The notes under the pieces are model-generated. The model was not told the origin of the DNA. It made no database searches and saw only the letters and a program-made list of their open reading frames with translations. A DNA stretch of 61,712 nucleotides, filler included. It is 10 parts of 10 records of this genome, joined end to end, with 100 filler letters (N's around TTAATTAATTAA, not from the genome) between each part and the next. Parts side by side here need not be neighbours in the genome. Positions count along the whole stretch, not along the records: positions 18,150 to 23,207 come from SRR31147125_40663; positions 23,308 to 32,916 come from SRR31147125_40733; positions 33,017 to 38,288 come from SRR31147125_40747; 7 more parts are not named here. One strand, 5' to 3'. The position numbers were made by a program, and so were the translations under genes. Of this stretch, positions 21,989-33,497 are shown in pieces. The stretch's first letter is position 1; each line of letters begins with the position of its first letter.

Positions 21989-23207
21989 ATGAAATCAAGC
22001 AATTCTATACACCTGGGTATTTTCCAGGATGGGCCTGTCGCTTTTGATGGTTGCAGCTATTGGCAACAAAAACCAATGGCAACCTATATCAAAAGTATAA
22101 GTTTACAATTTAAACAACCGCATCTTTACGCGCCATTTATAACTCAAGAAGACGTTCTCTATCATAGTTTTAGGGAAGAACAATTAGAGTCCACCTTTAT
22201 ACAAGTTCATCCACTATCTCTTGGTGGTAAAAGCCCGGTAACGGCATTCCTGCGCCTGGTAAAACTGATCCCCTATTTTTATAAAAATCTTTCACAATAT
22301 GATTTTTTATTATTCTTTCTACCAGCCACTTTCACTATTCCTGCTATTCTGGTTCGAAGAATGAGACGAAAACCTTATGCCATCTATCTCGGTAGTGATT
22401 GGCAAAAAATCACCTCCTTTTCCTGTCGTTGGAGCAATTTTATGGATTCATTATTCTATCTTTTGTTCTACAAACTCGGTCACCTTTTACAAAAAAAATT
22501 CTTAACTGCAGCATCTTTTGTTCTCACGGCTGGCGAAGATCTCCGCCAAAAGACAACCTGTTTGGGTGCATTCGCTATAAATACCGTTCCCAGAATAGCA
22601 CTAAGAAAACAGGATGTATACATCCGCCAGGATACCTGTTCAGGTAAAACTGTTACCTGTCTGTTTGTAGGGAGTTTGATTAAACGAAAGGGCTTGATTT
22701 ATTTGTTAAAGGCCGTAAAAATGCTGCTAAATAAGGGCTATCCCATTACCCTTCATATAATTGGTGACGGAGAGATAAAACAACAGTTGTGTCAGATTAT
22801 CACAACAATGGGACTTTTAGGAAAAGTCTCCATGTCCGGTCATATCGCAGGAGGGCCACTTTTATGGAGAGAATACAGATCCGCAGACCTGTTTATCTTA
22901 CCATCTCTTTCCGAAGGATTTCCACGTGTTTTATATGAAGCCATGAGCTCGAGCCTGCCGATTGTCACCACCCATGTTGGCGGTATTCCTCATATGCTGA
23001 AACATAATCAATCGGCAATACTGGTTCCACCCCGGAACAGTACTGCTTTGGCAAATGCAATACAATATTTAATAAATAATCCTTCTCTGCGACAAAAATT
23101 AATTTTAAACGCACGGCAACAGGTAATCCCCATATTAGAAATGGATCCCGGGCTTCAACTTAAGGAACTCATTTTAAAGACAGTACAAAATGATGAGCAT
23201 TATAAGG
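21989..23207 (+). CDS. Glycosyltransferase family 4; runs into the spacer
   Basis: FVGSLIKRKG and FILPSLSEGFPRVLYEAM (EX7E) motifs. Confidence 0.9.
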
Positions 23208-23336
23208 NNNNNNNNNNNNNNNNNNNNNNNNNNNNNNNNNNNNNNNNNNNNTTAATTAATTAANNNNNNNNNNNNNNNNNNNNNNNNNNNNNNNNNNNNN
23301 NNNNNNNCCCCCTCAAGGTGGAGGGAACAATAGAAA

Positions 23337-24812
<1,476 letters not shown>

Positions 24813-24903
24813 CTAGTAGAAAGGTGGTTACTTGTCAAGCTTTGTTAAGGAAATTAGCTAGTTATGGTGATATGGAGAGATCCTGCGATTCTGGGCCTAC
24901 CCC

Positions 24904-24991
24904 GGTGACGGAGTAAAAACAGCCAAAAGGTGACGGAGTAAATATGAGCTTTTTTACTCCGTCACCAGAAGCCCTTTTTTACTCCGTCACC
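24904..24991. repeat. Four identical 14-mers GGTGACGGAGTAAA in nested inverted arrangement
   Basis: Forward copies at 24904-24917 and 24929-24942; reverse copies at 24953-24966 and 24978-24991. Confidence 0.92.
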
Positions 24992-25002
24992 ACTATGAAA
25001 GC

Positions 25003-25036
25003 ATAAAAAAAGCCCCCGCTTTTGCGGGGGCTTTAT
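25003..25036 (-). terminator. Intrinsic terminator after the OmpA-family gene
   Basis: AAAGCCCCCGC-TTTT-GCGGGGGCTTT with a T-tract on the minus strand. Confidence 0.85.
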
Positions 25037-25059
25037 CTTCACTACTGCTATATCGGCTT

Positions 25060-26955
25060 CTATTTATTGATAACTACAAAGACAACTCGTCTGTTTTTTG
25101 CTCTTCCTTGACGTGTCTTGTTTGAGGCGATTGGATTTGCTGCTCCTCTACCTGCAACTTCAACCTTGCTAGAATCAACACCTATCTTCATCAGATATTC
25201 CTTCGTAGCCTCTGCTCTTGCATTAGACACCCATCTATTTGCATATCCCTTACCGAGACTATCTGCATAACCATCAATCCTGATTCTCATATTTGGATTT
25301 CTGACCAAGGCTTCTGCAACTTCAACTAATACAGGAATCATCTCCGGCTTAATATCCCAGTTATTATAGGCAAATTCGATTGGCTGAGCAGTCTTTAGGA
25401 CATCGCCCCTGACAAAGGCCCTACCTGCTGGGCAACCCTTTCTATCAACTTGACCAGCGACTGTTGGACATCTATCCATCAAATCAGGAACACCATCTCT
25501 GTCTTTATCTGTCTGACTGAGTTTTTGAACAACAACCCAATTCTGTTCAGGATATGTTTCACGTAGTACGAAAACTTTGTGACAAGCAACATCATGAACA
25601 TCTGGATTGAAATCTGCTGGATTTGCAGGACATGATCCAGCAATAGCAACAACCTCTTTTAGATCATAATATTTTGGACAGGCCGCATCATGAACACCTG
25701 CCTTGTATTGCCCTGCTGTCTCTGGACAACGCAAGCTTAACTCAACTGTCGATAAAACGTATACAGTGTTAACATCTTCTGCAGAGTATTCATCAGCCAA
25801 GGTATAGACTTTTTGACAAGCATCATCGTGAATTTTAGGATTAAAATCGCTTGGATTTGTTGGACACTTGATAACCAACTCGGCGACATCTTTCAACTCA
25901 TAGTACTTCGGACAAGCTGCATCATGAATATCTGGATTAAACACACTTGGATCTGGGCAAATCTCCCTCAAGACAACTATCATCTTCTGAGCTTCTGTCA
26001 TTGTAGGAGCTCCAGAAGCAGCACGCATTGCTAGACGTTCAGCATCCATAGTCTTAAACGTATCTGTCATACGTTTGTAGGTCATGCCAGCAAAACCTCT
26101 GACCAGCGGTGAACTTGCACCTCTGACCAAGCCAGCACCAGCACCAGCATTGATTGTAATTCCAGTATCACCAATTTTATATTTCACACCACCATTGATT
26201 TCAGCCGGTGTATTAACCTTACTGCTAAAGAAATGATTTGTTGGGGTCGAAGTATAACCTTCCAAGGCAAATGAAAGCTCTTCAGTTGCTTTAATATTTG
26301 CACCAGCTCCGAGCCTTACAACAACTTTTCCTCTATCAAAATTTCTAAATTTAACTGTCTCACCAACGCTAACGCCCGAGTTCAGAGCCAGCACAACTCT
26401 ATCGCCAAGCTGAGCATCTAAGACAACATCGGCACCACCAGTTACACTATCTTCACCAAGAAAATATGTCTGATTACCTGAAGGAATCGTTACAAAAGGA
26501 GCGATCGCTAAACCAACGGGATACTTATCACGATCAAGAATCTGGCCCTTCATAGAAACTCTAACATCTCCAATACCAATCTTCCATTTAGCAGCTGGAA
26601 CAATGGCCGGACCTGGATCATAATAGTTATCCATCCATGCCATGGGTATATCAATTGTCGCTTCAAACCAATCGGTTGCACCAATTGTTGCGAAAAAATG
26701 TTGTTCTAAGAGCTTATCAACAATTTTTCTTCCGGTATTCTTCTCCTCAAGAGGTCTGTAGCTAAAAGAAAGGGCCGTTCCGGCAGTAAACTGCATCTGA
26801 TACAAAGTTCTACTATCCAAAAGATGAAAAAACTTTCCACCATCCGGATTTGGATAGAAATTCATTATACTAAAGCGATCTTTTGCAGATGCTGTTTGAC
26901 AAAAACAAGCTATTAGAAACAAAACAGAAAGAAGCCTAATTATCCTTTTTTTCAC
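25060..26955 (-). CDS. OmpA-family outer-membrane protein: N-terminal barrel, Cys/His repeats, TSP3-like motif, OmpA_C domain
   Basis: Signal peptide; DKDRDGVPDLMDRCP; IDGYADSLG...NRWVSNARA...GRAKNRRV. Confidence 0.88.
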   Translation of the reverse strand: MKKRIIRLLSVLFLIACFCQTASAKDRFSIMNFYPNPDGGKFFHLLDSRTLYQMQFTAGTALSFSYRPLEEKNTGRKIVDKLLEQHFFATIGATDWFEATIDIPMAWMDNYYDPGPAIVPAAKWKIGIGDVRVSMKGQILDRDKYPVGLAIAPFVTIPSGNQTYFLGEDSVTGGADVVLDAQLGDRVVLALNSGVSVGETVKFRNFDRGKVVVRLGAGANIKATEELSFALEGYTSTPTNHFFSSKVNTPAEINGGVKYKIGDTGITINAGAGAGLVRGASSPLVRGFAGMTYKRMTDTFKTMDAERLAMRAASGAPTMTEAQKMIVVLREICPDPSVFNPDIHDAACPKYYELKDVAELVIKCPTNPSDFNPKIHDDACQKVYTLADEYSAEDVNTVYVLSTVELSLRCPETAGQYKAGVHDAACPKYYDLKEVVAIAGSCPANPADFNPDVHDVACHKVFVLRETYPEQNWVVVQKLSQTDKDRDGVPDLMDRCPTVAGQVDRKGCPAGRAFVRGDVLKTAQPIEFAYNNWDIKPEMIPVLVEVAEALVRNPNMRIRIDGYADSLGKGYANRWVSNARAEATKEYLMKIGVDSSKVEVAGRGAANPIASNKTRQGRAKNRRVVFVVINK

Positions 26956-27031
26956 TACTCCCCCTATCGTTTATACAGAAGATAATTAAACGAGAATTTA
27001 ATCGAAAAAGCTAAAAGAATCAATGGGTAAA

Positions 27032-28150
27032 CTAATTTTTTATCCTGAATGCGTAGAGTTGCCCGCTATTTGACAGAACTAGGACTCTTCCGTCTGCGAC
27101 AATTGGAGTTCCATAGGTACCACCACCCAAATGTCTTTCGAAAATCTTTGCTCCTGAAGCCCTGTCTATCAGATAAATCTTATCATCTGTTGAAAGAACA
27201 ACTATCTTATCGCCCGTAATTGCGGGTCCCGAAAGCTCAGAGACCTCAAGATTTGTCTCCCAATTGATTTTTCCATCTGCGGCATTAATAGAATATAGTT
27301 TTCCACCACCAGAAACAAGAAGCTCCCCATTATCAACTACAATATCATTCGGTGTTGCTAAAGGTATAGACCAGACATCTTTACTGGTTTTATAATTCAT
27401 GCACTGCAAGACACCTTCCATCGATGAAAAGTAGAGAAAGTTGTCGTACTGAAGCGGCGAGGTATCGATGTCTGAGAACTGAGCCCTACCAACAGCTATT
27501 GGAATCGTTCGAACCTTGTTACCACTCTTAGCATCGTAAACAACCAAAACACCATCCGTATTTCCTACATAGATGTTATTACCAATCAATGTAGGTCTTG
27601 AGAAGCCTTTAATAGCAAGCTTTGCAAAAGGCTGAGGCCTTCTAGCCATCCATCTTATTGCACCTGAACCCATATCAAGAGCTGCTAAAGAGTTATTCTG
27701 CGTTGCAAAGAAAACCATGTCACTATTTGAAACAGGTTCTGTCATCATCTCTTCACCGACAAAGGCATGCCAGTTAATCGTTCCGGTTGCAGAATCAATT
27801 GAATAAGCTTCTCCCTTACCATCACCAATGTAAAGGGTATTCCCAACCATTAGCGGCCTAGATTGAACAGGCCCTTCCAACTTGATTTCCCAAATCTTCT
27901 TTCCATCCACTGTATTTATAGAATAGAAAAAACCACCTTCGTTTCCAACATAAGCCCTCTCTCCAACAACCAGAGGTGTTGAGAAGGTAAGCTTTTTCTT
28001 CGCAGAGACTCGCCCGCTCTTTAAAGAACTTGTCCAGTCCATTTCTATAGGTTGAGTCGCAGCCTCAAGACCTAGGCTCAAAAATAGAGAAGCTAGGACT
28101 GCAAAAAATGTTATTTTTGATCGCTTGGTGTTCCAAGTGAAGATATCCAT
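27032..28150 (-). CDS. bamB: PQQ-like beta-propeller protein, BamB-like
   Basis: Repeated xDxxxGxxxW blades; directly downstream of a YfgM-like gene, with der nearby. Confidence 0.75.
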   Translation of the reverse strand: MDIFTWNTKRSKITFFAVLASLFLSLGLEAATQPIEMDWTSSLKSGRVSAKKKLTFSTPLVVGERAYVGNEGGFFYSINTVDGKKIWEIKLEGPVQSRPLMVGNTLYIGDGKGEAYSIDSATGTINWHAFVGEEMMTEPVSNSDMVFFATQNNSLAALDMGSGAIRWMARRPQPFAKLAIKGFSRPTLIGNNIYVGNTDGVLVVYDAKSGNKVRTIPIAVGRAQFSDIDTSPLQYDNFLYFSSMEGVLQCMNYKTSKDVWSIPLATPNDIVVDNGELLVSGGGKLYSINAADGKINWETNLEVSELSGPAITGDKIVVLSTDDKIYLIDRASGAKIFERHLGGGTYGTPIVADGRVLVLSNSGQLYAFRIKN

Positions 28151-28782
28151 AGTAACTGCTCCTCTGCCTTCATTTTAGTTGATGTTGCTGCTTTTTCATT
28201 ATTCACAATTGATTCAAAAACTTCTTTTGCCTTGTCATAATTTTTAGCAATCTCGAAAATATAACCAGCTTTATACTTCATTTCATCTGGCCAAGGATTA
28301 TTAAACTCTTTAGATGCATTGAGATAGATATTTGCAGCCGCTTCATATTCACCCAGCTCAAGATGTATTGGGACTATAGAATCTATTGCCAAAAAATGAA
28401 TCAAATCACCGGAAGTCTCGTCTATGACCTTAGAATACAAGTTCTTTGACTTTTCGGTGTCATTTTTCTGATAATAGTAAGAGGCTAAAGCCATATCTGC
28501 AAGATATGAAATATCAGTTTTTTTATGCTGAGTTGAAAACTCTTCAAGCCTAGCAATCTTCTGATCTTCGTCTTCTATCTGCATTATTTCATAGTATGTG
28601 AGCTCCAAAGCTTTACGCCTCTGCTCCATATGATTTGAAACCAAAATGCCTGCAATCACTATTACAAGAATAATGGCTGAAAGGACTGTTATCTTTTTCC
28701 ACTGAAGAACTGCGAAATTAAAAACTCTATCTAAAAAGTGGAGAATCTCATCCTCATCTGGATTCTTCTTCTGTTTTGGCAA
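28111..28782 (-). CDS. YfgM-like membrane-anchored TPR protein
   Basis: Single N-terminal TM helix followed by helical TPR-like repeats; overlaps the bamB-like gene; TTG start. Confidence 0.7.
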   Translation of the reverse strand: MPKQKKNPDEDEILHFLDRVFNFAVLQWKKITVLSAIILVIVIAGILVSNHMEQRRKALELTYYEIMQIEDEDQKIARLEEFSTQHKKTDISYLADMALASYYYQKNDTEKSKNLYSKVIDETSGDLIHFLAIDSIVPIHLELGEYEAAANIYLNASKEFNNPWPDEMKYKAGYIFEIAKNYDKAKEVFESIVNNEKAATSTKMKAEEQLLWISSLGTPSDQK

Positions 28783-28954
28783 TTGTTTATAGCGTGCGAT
28801 GATACACCCCCGTGTTAAAGAAAATTAATTATTTTCAAATAAAACAGTCTTCTCCTCTAGGTCAAAGACTATTTTTGAAATCAGTAGCGATTTCTATACT
28901 ATCTGTCCTACTTGTCAATACTACAAATTTTATACTTACCAGCCTTACCCTTGT

Positions 28955-30499
28955 TTACACCCCATCCTTGCTTGGCGGTGTTTTCCAGCCCATCTTAGTT
29001 AAAAACCATGCAATCATAAGCGTCATAACAATCCATCCAAACCCTACAGGAATGATAAAAATCCATGGATAGCCAGAATATGGAGTTGTCACCTGTTCTA
29101 CAACTTCAAGGATGATCATGATACCCAAGATAAATGGAATCCAGATAGCGATAACATACTGCCACCATTTGCCAAGCTGGAATTTTGTATGTCCATGTCC
29201 ATGATGTTCAACCTGGTATGCAGCTTCGGCACTATCATTAATATGTTTTCTCAATTTAACTGTCTTATAGATCCAACCGATTGCAATTGCTTCAAAGAGA
29301 CCTGATATCAAAAGACCGAAGTGGTTGAGAAAAAAGTCGACCGTATCTAGCCAATAGAGGCCTGAACCCGTGGCAAAAAGCAACCCTCCACAAAAGCCTA
29401 TGGCGGCCATACCAGTTGTAACTCTTTTTCTAGACCAACCGAACTTGTCGATAACTGAAGAGGCTGTTGCCTCAAAGATCGAAATGGAAGAACTGATCCC
29501 CGCGAAAAGAAGAGCTAGAAAAAAGAGAACACCAAAGATCTTCTGGCCAAAAGGAAGAAGATTAATAGTTGCAGGATAAGTCACAAAGGCTAAACCTGGT
29601 CCTCCGGTTGCGACTTCAGAAATTGGTTTTCCAGAAGCATAACTCATATAACCAAGAGTTGCAAAGACGGCAAACCCAGCAAATATGGAAAATGCACAGT
29701 TACTAAAACATGTAATCAATGCATTAGATTTTATATTCGATTTTGTAGGAAGGTAACTAGCATAAGCAATCATGATTCCAAAACCAAGTGATAACGTAAA
29801 AAAGATCTGAGAGAAGGCGCCAGTCCAAATATGAGGATCAAGAAGTCTTGAAAAGTCCGGCCACAAATATGCCTTTATACCAATCTCAGCGCCTGGAAGG
29901 AAAAGACTCCAAACTACCAACACAACTGTGATCACAGCCAAAAAAGGAATTAAGATTTTACTGGCAAGTTCGATACCTCTTCGTATTCCGCGATAGACAA
30001 TCCACCAATTGATAAGCCAGACAAGAAGCAAGGCTATTACAATAGATGGGTCAAAAGTTCCAAATTGATATGGGCCCTTTGTTAGTCCCAGAAAATCATT
30101 CTCAAAAAAAGAACCTGTATTAGCACCCCAAGAAAGACCAAAAGCAAATTTCAGATAATTCATGCACCAGGAGATAACAACACAATAGTAGAGCTCAATT
30201 CCGATGAAGACAAATACAACCATCCACCAACCAAGAAACTCCCACCTTCTTCCAATCTGTCTCAACGCCATCGGAGCAGAAGCCCTAAACTTGTGACCAA
30301 GCCCAAGCTCCAATATCATTAAGGGGATACCTACTGTTACAAGAGCAATCAAATAGGGGATTAAAAATGCACCACCACCATTTTTATATGCGAGATAAGG
30401 GAATCGCCAAATATTTCCCAGGCCAACAGCTGAACCGATTACTGCCAATAAAAAACCCGTTCTAGTTTTCCAACTGCCTCTCTCCATCTCAGCCATCAT
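28955..30499 (-). CDS. Sodium-dependent transporter (NSS/SLC6 family)
   Basis: GSAVGLGNIWRFPY, GGGAFLIPY, QIFFTLSLGFG, GPGLAF. Start set at ATG 30499, overlapping the yihY stop. Confidence 0.93.
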   Translation of the reverse strand: MMAEMERGSWKTRTGFLLAVIGSAVGLGNIWRFPYLAYKNGGGAFLIPYLIALVTVGIPLMILELGLGHKFRASAPMALRQIGRRWEFLGWWMVVFVFIGIELYYCVVISWCMNYLKFAFGLSWGANTGSFFENDFLGLTKGPYQFGTFDPSIVIALLLVWLINWWIVYRGIRRGIELASKILIPFLAVITVVLVVWSLFLPGAEIGIKAYLWPDFSRLLDPHIWTGAFSQIFFTLSLGFGIMIAYASYLPTKSNIKSNALITCFSNCAFSIFAGFAVFATLGYMSYASGKPISEVATGGPGLAFVTYPATINLLPFGQKIFGVLFFLALLFAGISSSISIFEATASSVIDKFGWSRKRVTTGMAAIGFCGGLLFATGSGLYWLDTVDFFLNHFGLLISGLFEAIAIGWIYKTVKLRKHINDSAEAAYQVEHHGHGHTKFQLGKWWQYVIAIWIPFILGIMIILEVVEQVTTPYSGYPWIFIIPVGFGWIVMTLMIAWFLTKMGWKTPPSKDGV

Positions 30500-31290
30500 C
30501 ACCCCTTCCTTCTCTGCAGTGCAGCCACAACCTCGGCAGAAAAAAGATATATTGTTACTATATAGTAGATCCACATAATCGTTAAAATAATAACCGAAAG
30601 CGAACCATAAATAATATTGTATCTATTAAATGTTAACAGGAAGTACCATTTAACAAGATACTTCGCGACAGTAATACCAATTGAATATATCAAACTACCC
30701 ACCAAAGCATATTTTATATGAATCTTCTGGTGAGGAATTATAGTTATTGTAACAATATAAGAGATCATCGCAAAGATAATAAAGAAGGTCTTTCCAGAGA
30801 GATATTCAGTCAAAGGAACAGACAAACCAAATCTCATTAGAATTGTTTCAATCACCTGAACTGTTGTTGGTAGAAAAAGAACAAGAAGAATGATGAAGAT
30901 CATGCCGACAGAAAGAAACTTAGATCTAAAGAAGTTTCTCTTTGTCTCGGATTCAAATATTTTATCCAATGCACGCTCAAGAGAACCAAATAAAACTGTA
31001 GATATAAGGAGCAAGCAGACCATACCCCAAATACCAAAACTCGATTTCTTATTTAACAAGTTTGTAATATTTGACAAAAAAAGATCTTTTGCACCAGGGA
31101 CTACTTCAGTTATCGCATTTGCAATCTGCGAAACAATATGCGTAGAACCAATAACATGACCAAGGACCGATACGAAAATCATAATCAACGGCAAAAGTGC
31201 TAAAATCGCGAAGAAGGAGATATTCGCCGACAAGTTCAGAATATCGTGATTTTTACATGATTTAAATAAATCTATAACGTATCTCTTCAT
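30499..31290 (-). CDS. YihY/BrkB family inner-membrane protein
   Basis: SANISFFAILALLP and YNIIYGSL...WIY...LFSAEV motifs. Confidence 0.88.
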   Translation of the reverse strand: MKRYVIDLFKSCKNHDILNLSANISFFAILALLPLIMIFVSVLGHVIGSTHIVSQIANAITEVVPGAKDLFLSNITNLLNKKSSFGIWGMVCLLLISTVLFGSLERALDKIFESETKRNFFRSKFLSVGMIFIILLVLFLPTTVQVIETILMRFGLSVPLTEYLSGKTFFIIFAMISYIVTITIIPHQKIHIKYALVGSLIYSIGITVAKYLVKWYFLLTFNRYNIIYGSLSVIILTIMWIYYIVTIYLFSAEVVAALQRRKG

Positions 31291-32606
31291 TTTTGGGCCC
31301 TAAACTTAACAACTATTGGAATAATTGCTTTACCAAATAATTTTCTCAAACCCTTTGTCAGATATTTTTTATAGGATTTTTTTACAGCCTCTGGTTTATT
31401 TGTAAAAATAGCAAAGACAGGTGGAACAACATCTGCCTGAGTTATATACTTGAGCTTTACTTCTTTGCCACGATAATCAGGTGGAGGATGAGCCTCAACC
31501 AATTCTTCAAAATATTTATTGAGCTTTGAAGTTGGGATTCTCTTGTTTGTAAGCTTTAGCTGTTCTAAGGCTAATGAAAAAATCTTATTACAGTTGTAGC
31601 CAGTCTTTGCAGAAATTATCTCCAAAGGGAGATCTCTTAAATCTTTCAAATTAAAACGAAGTTGTTCGAGATATTCTTTTTGAAATCTTCTCTTATCTTT
31701 CTTCCCTTCAATCACAGCATCCCACTTATTTAACAAAATGACCGTCGGTCTATAGTTGTTAAATGAGTGTGCAGCGAGCATTATATCTTGCTTTGAAAAG
31801 CCATCTTCGGCATCCAGCACAATAAAGACGACATCAGCATCATCTATTGCACGAAGAGATTTGATAGTTGAAAACTTATCTATTTTATGGGTCGTCTTGG
31901 CTTTCTTCTTTATCCCTGCTGTATCAACAAAGATGTAATGTTCGTCATTATGAATAACCTCAACATCGATCGTATCTCTTGTTGTGCCAGGCATCTGATG
32001 TGCGACAACCCTATCCTCTTTTGCCATTTGATTGATAATAGTTGATTTACCAACATTTGGACGCCCGATAAGAGCAATCCTAACACCCTCTCTCTCATCC
32101 TTTTCAACATGCTCTGCAGAAGGCATTATTTCAACAATCTTATCGAGCAAATCACCAACTCCGCGATTATGCTCAGCAGATATAGAAATATAATCAATCC
32201 CAAGCGACAAAAACTCTAATGCAAGGGTCTCGTTATTCTCGGTATCAATCTTATTCACAGCAAAGACAACCGGTTTTCCACTTTTCCGGAAGATATCAAC
32301 AACATCCCTATCGATATTTGTGATTCCATCTCTTCCATCAAAAAGACAGATAACAACGCTAGCTTCATCAAGCGCTGCAAGACTTTGTTTATGGACCTTT
32401 GCCTCAACGGCATCTGTTTCATCAAAAGAGAGACCGCCTGTATCAATAAGAGCAAAAGGAGTCCCCATCCAGTCTGTCTGCGCATAGTGACGATCACGAG
32501 TCACGCCAACCATATCACTGACCAACGCCTTACGCTTTCCAATTATTCTATTAAATAGAGCCGATTTACCAACATTCGGCCTACCTACTATTGCAACTAC
32601 TGACAC
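31287..32606 (-). CDS. der: Ribosome biogenesis GTPase Der (EngA)
   Basis: Two GRPNVGKS P-loops, DTGG/DTAG, NKID/NKWD, C-terminal KH-like domain. Confidence 0.96.
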   Translation of the reverse strand: MSVVAIVGRPNVGKSALFNRIIGKRKALVSDMVGVTRDRHYAQTDWMGTPFALIDTGGLSFDETDAVEAKVHKQSLAALDEASVVICLFDGRDGITNIDRDVVDIFRKSGKPVVFAVNKIDTENNETLALEFLSLGIDYISISAEHNRGVGDLLDKIVEIMPSAEHVEKDEREGVRIALIGRPNVGKSTIINQMAKEDRVVAHQMPGTTRDTIDVEVIHNDEHYIFVDTAGIKKKAKTTHKIDKFSTIKSLRAIDDADVVFIVLDAEDGFSKQDIMLAAHSFNNYRPTVILLNKWDAVIEGKKDKRRFQKEYLEQLRFNLKDLRDLPLEIISAKTGYNCNKIFSLALEQLKLTNKRIPTSKLNKYFEELVEAHPPPDYRGKEVKLKYITQADVVPPVFAIFTNKPEAVKKSYKKYLTKGLRKLFGKAIIPIVVKFRAQK

Positions 32607-32809
32607 CTAACTCTCCTCATCTTCAAATACCAAGACCTACTCAACGTAAAATCACGCTCCACCCAGCAGCTGACTTGGTATAAAAATTTCGGTAGACCCT
32701 ATCCCAAATCTACAATGATATCAACGTTTTTTGAAATTCTGCAATTACAGCCGAATTTTACCCTTCTCATATTGACATGAGGCCATATGAGTGTTAGCTC
32801 TCTCCCATC

Positions 32810-32916
32810 TTAGCTGGGGTGCACTATTTGAAGTGCTGAGAGTCTATTAGTAAATCTCCACAGACCTGTAATATTTGACTTGGAGATTTACCTAGCCGCC
32901 ACAGGCGGCGAGAGGG
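32810..32916 (+). ncRNA. Probable TPP riboswitch, 5' half only (truncated by the contig end)
   Basis: GGGGTGCACT...AGTGCTGAGAG matches the TPP P2/P3/J3-2 core, and TTGACA lies at 32772-32777 upstream. The 3' core (CCTGA...GCGNAGG) is not in the contig. Confidence 0.55.
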
Positions 32917-33016
32917 NNNNNNNNNNNNNNNNNNNNNNNNNNNNNNNNNNNNNNNNNNNNTTAATTAATTAANNNNNNNNNNNNNNNNNNNNNNNNNNNN
33001 NNNNNNNNNNNNNNNN

Positions 33017-33193
33017 ACTCAACTACCAAAAAGCTATAAATCGGCTTTAAACATTAATGATAATTTCGTTGAACCTGCTGATTCGGAAAACATCAAAATA
33101 ATTGAGCATAATGTGAATGAGGGGAAAATAATTATGGTGAATAAACTGGCAACATTAGAAAACTGGAAAGAATTAGCAAATAGTTTTAATTAA
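33017..33193 (+). CDS. 3' fragment of a hypothetical protein
   Basis: Open frame from the contig edge, TQLPKSYK...ELANSFN-stop; no recognisable motif. Confidence 0.4.
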   Translation, partial: TQLPKSYKSALNINDNFVEPADSENIKIIEHNVNEGKIIMVNKLATLENWKELANSFN

Positions 33194-33497
33194 AACAAGT
33201 TTTATTGGCGGAGTTTAGATTCATAATTTTGATTCGTTTATAGTTTATATTGCATTTGGCCAAATGTTTATATTTTATGCAATTAAGGTTTTTAAACATT
33301 TTTATGTAACGCTTCGCCAATAATTTTTTATGTGTTGGTTTCATAGTAAAATGAATTGAAAAAGAATACGTAAATGGCTTATTGTGTCAACAGTAATCTT
33401 TATTATTGCTTAGCAATTTTTAATTAATTTTATTTTTTTGCTGACTGGTGTCTTTACAATTCTAAAAGGCATGAAAATGTGATTTAGCAGATAATTT

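Noticed and set aside
23308-23325. CCCCCTCAAGGTGGAGGG palindrome fragment after guaB
   Set aside because: Cut by the contig edge and too short to classify.
24904-24991. Mini CRISPR array
   Set aside because: Repeats are only 14 bp, spacers 10-11 bp, the orientation flips midway, and there are no cas genes.
25570-25960. Multiheme cytochrome motifs in the OmpA protein
   Set aside because: No CxxCH motif is present, and the Cys spacing is 14-15 residues.
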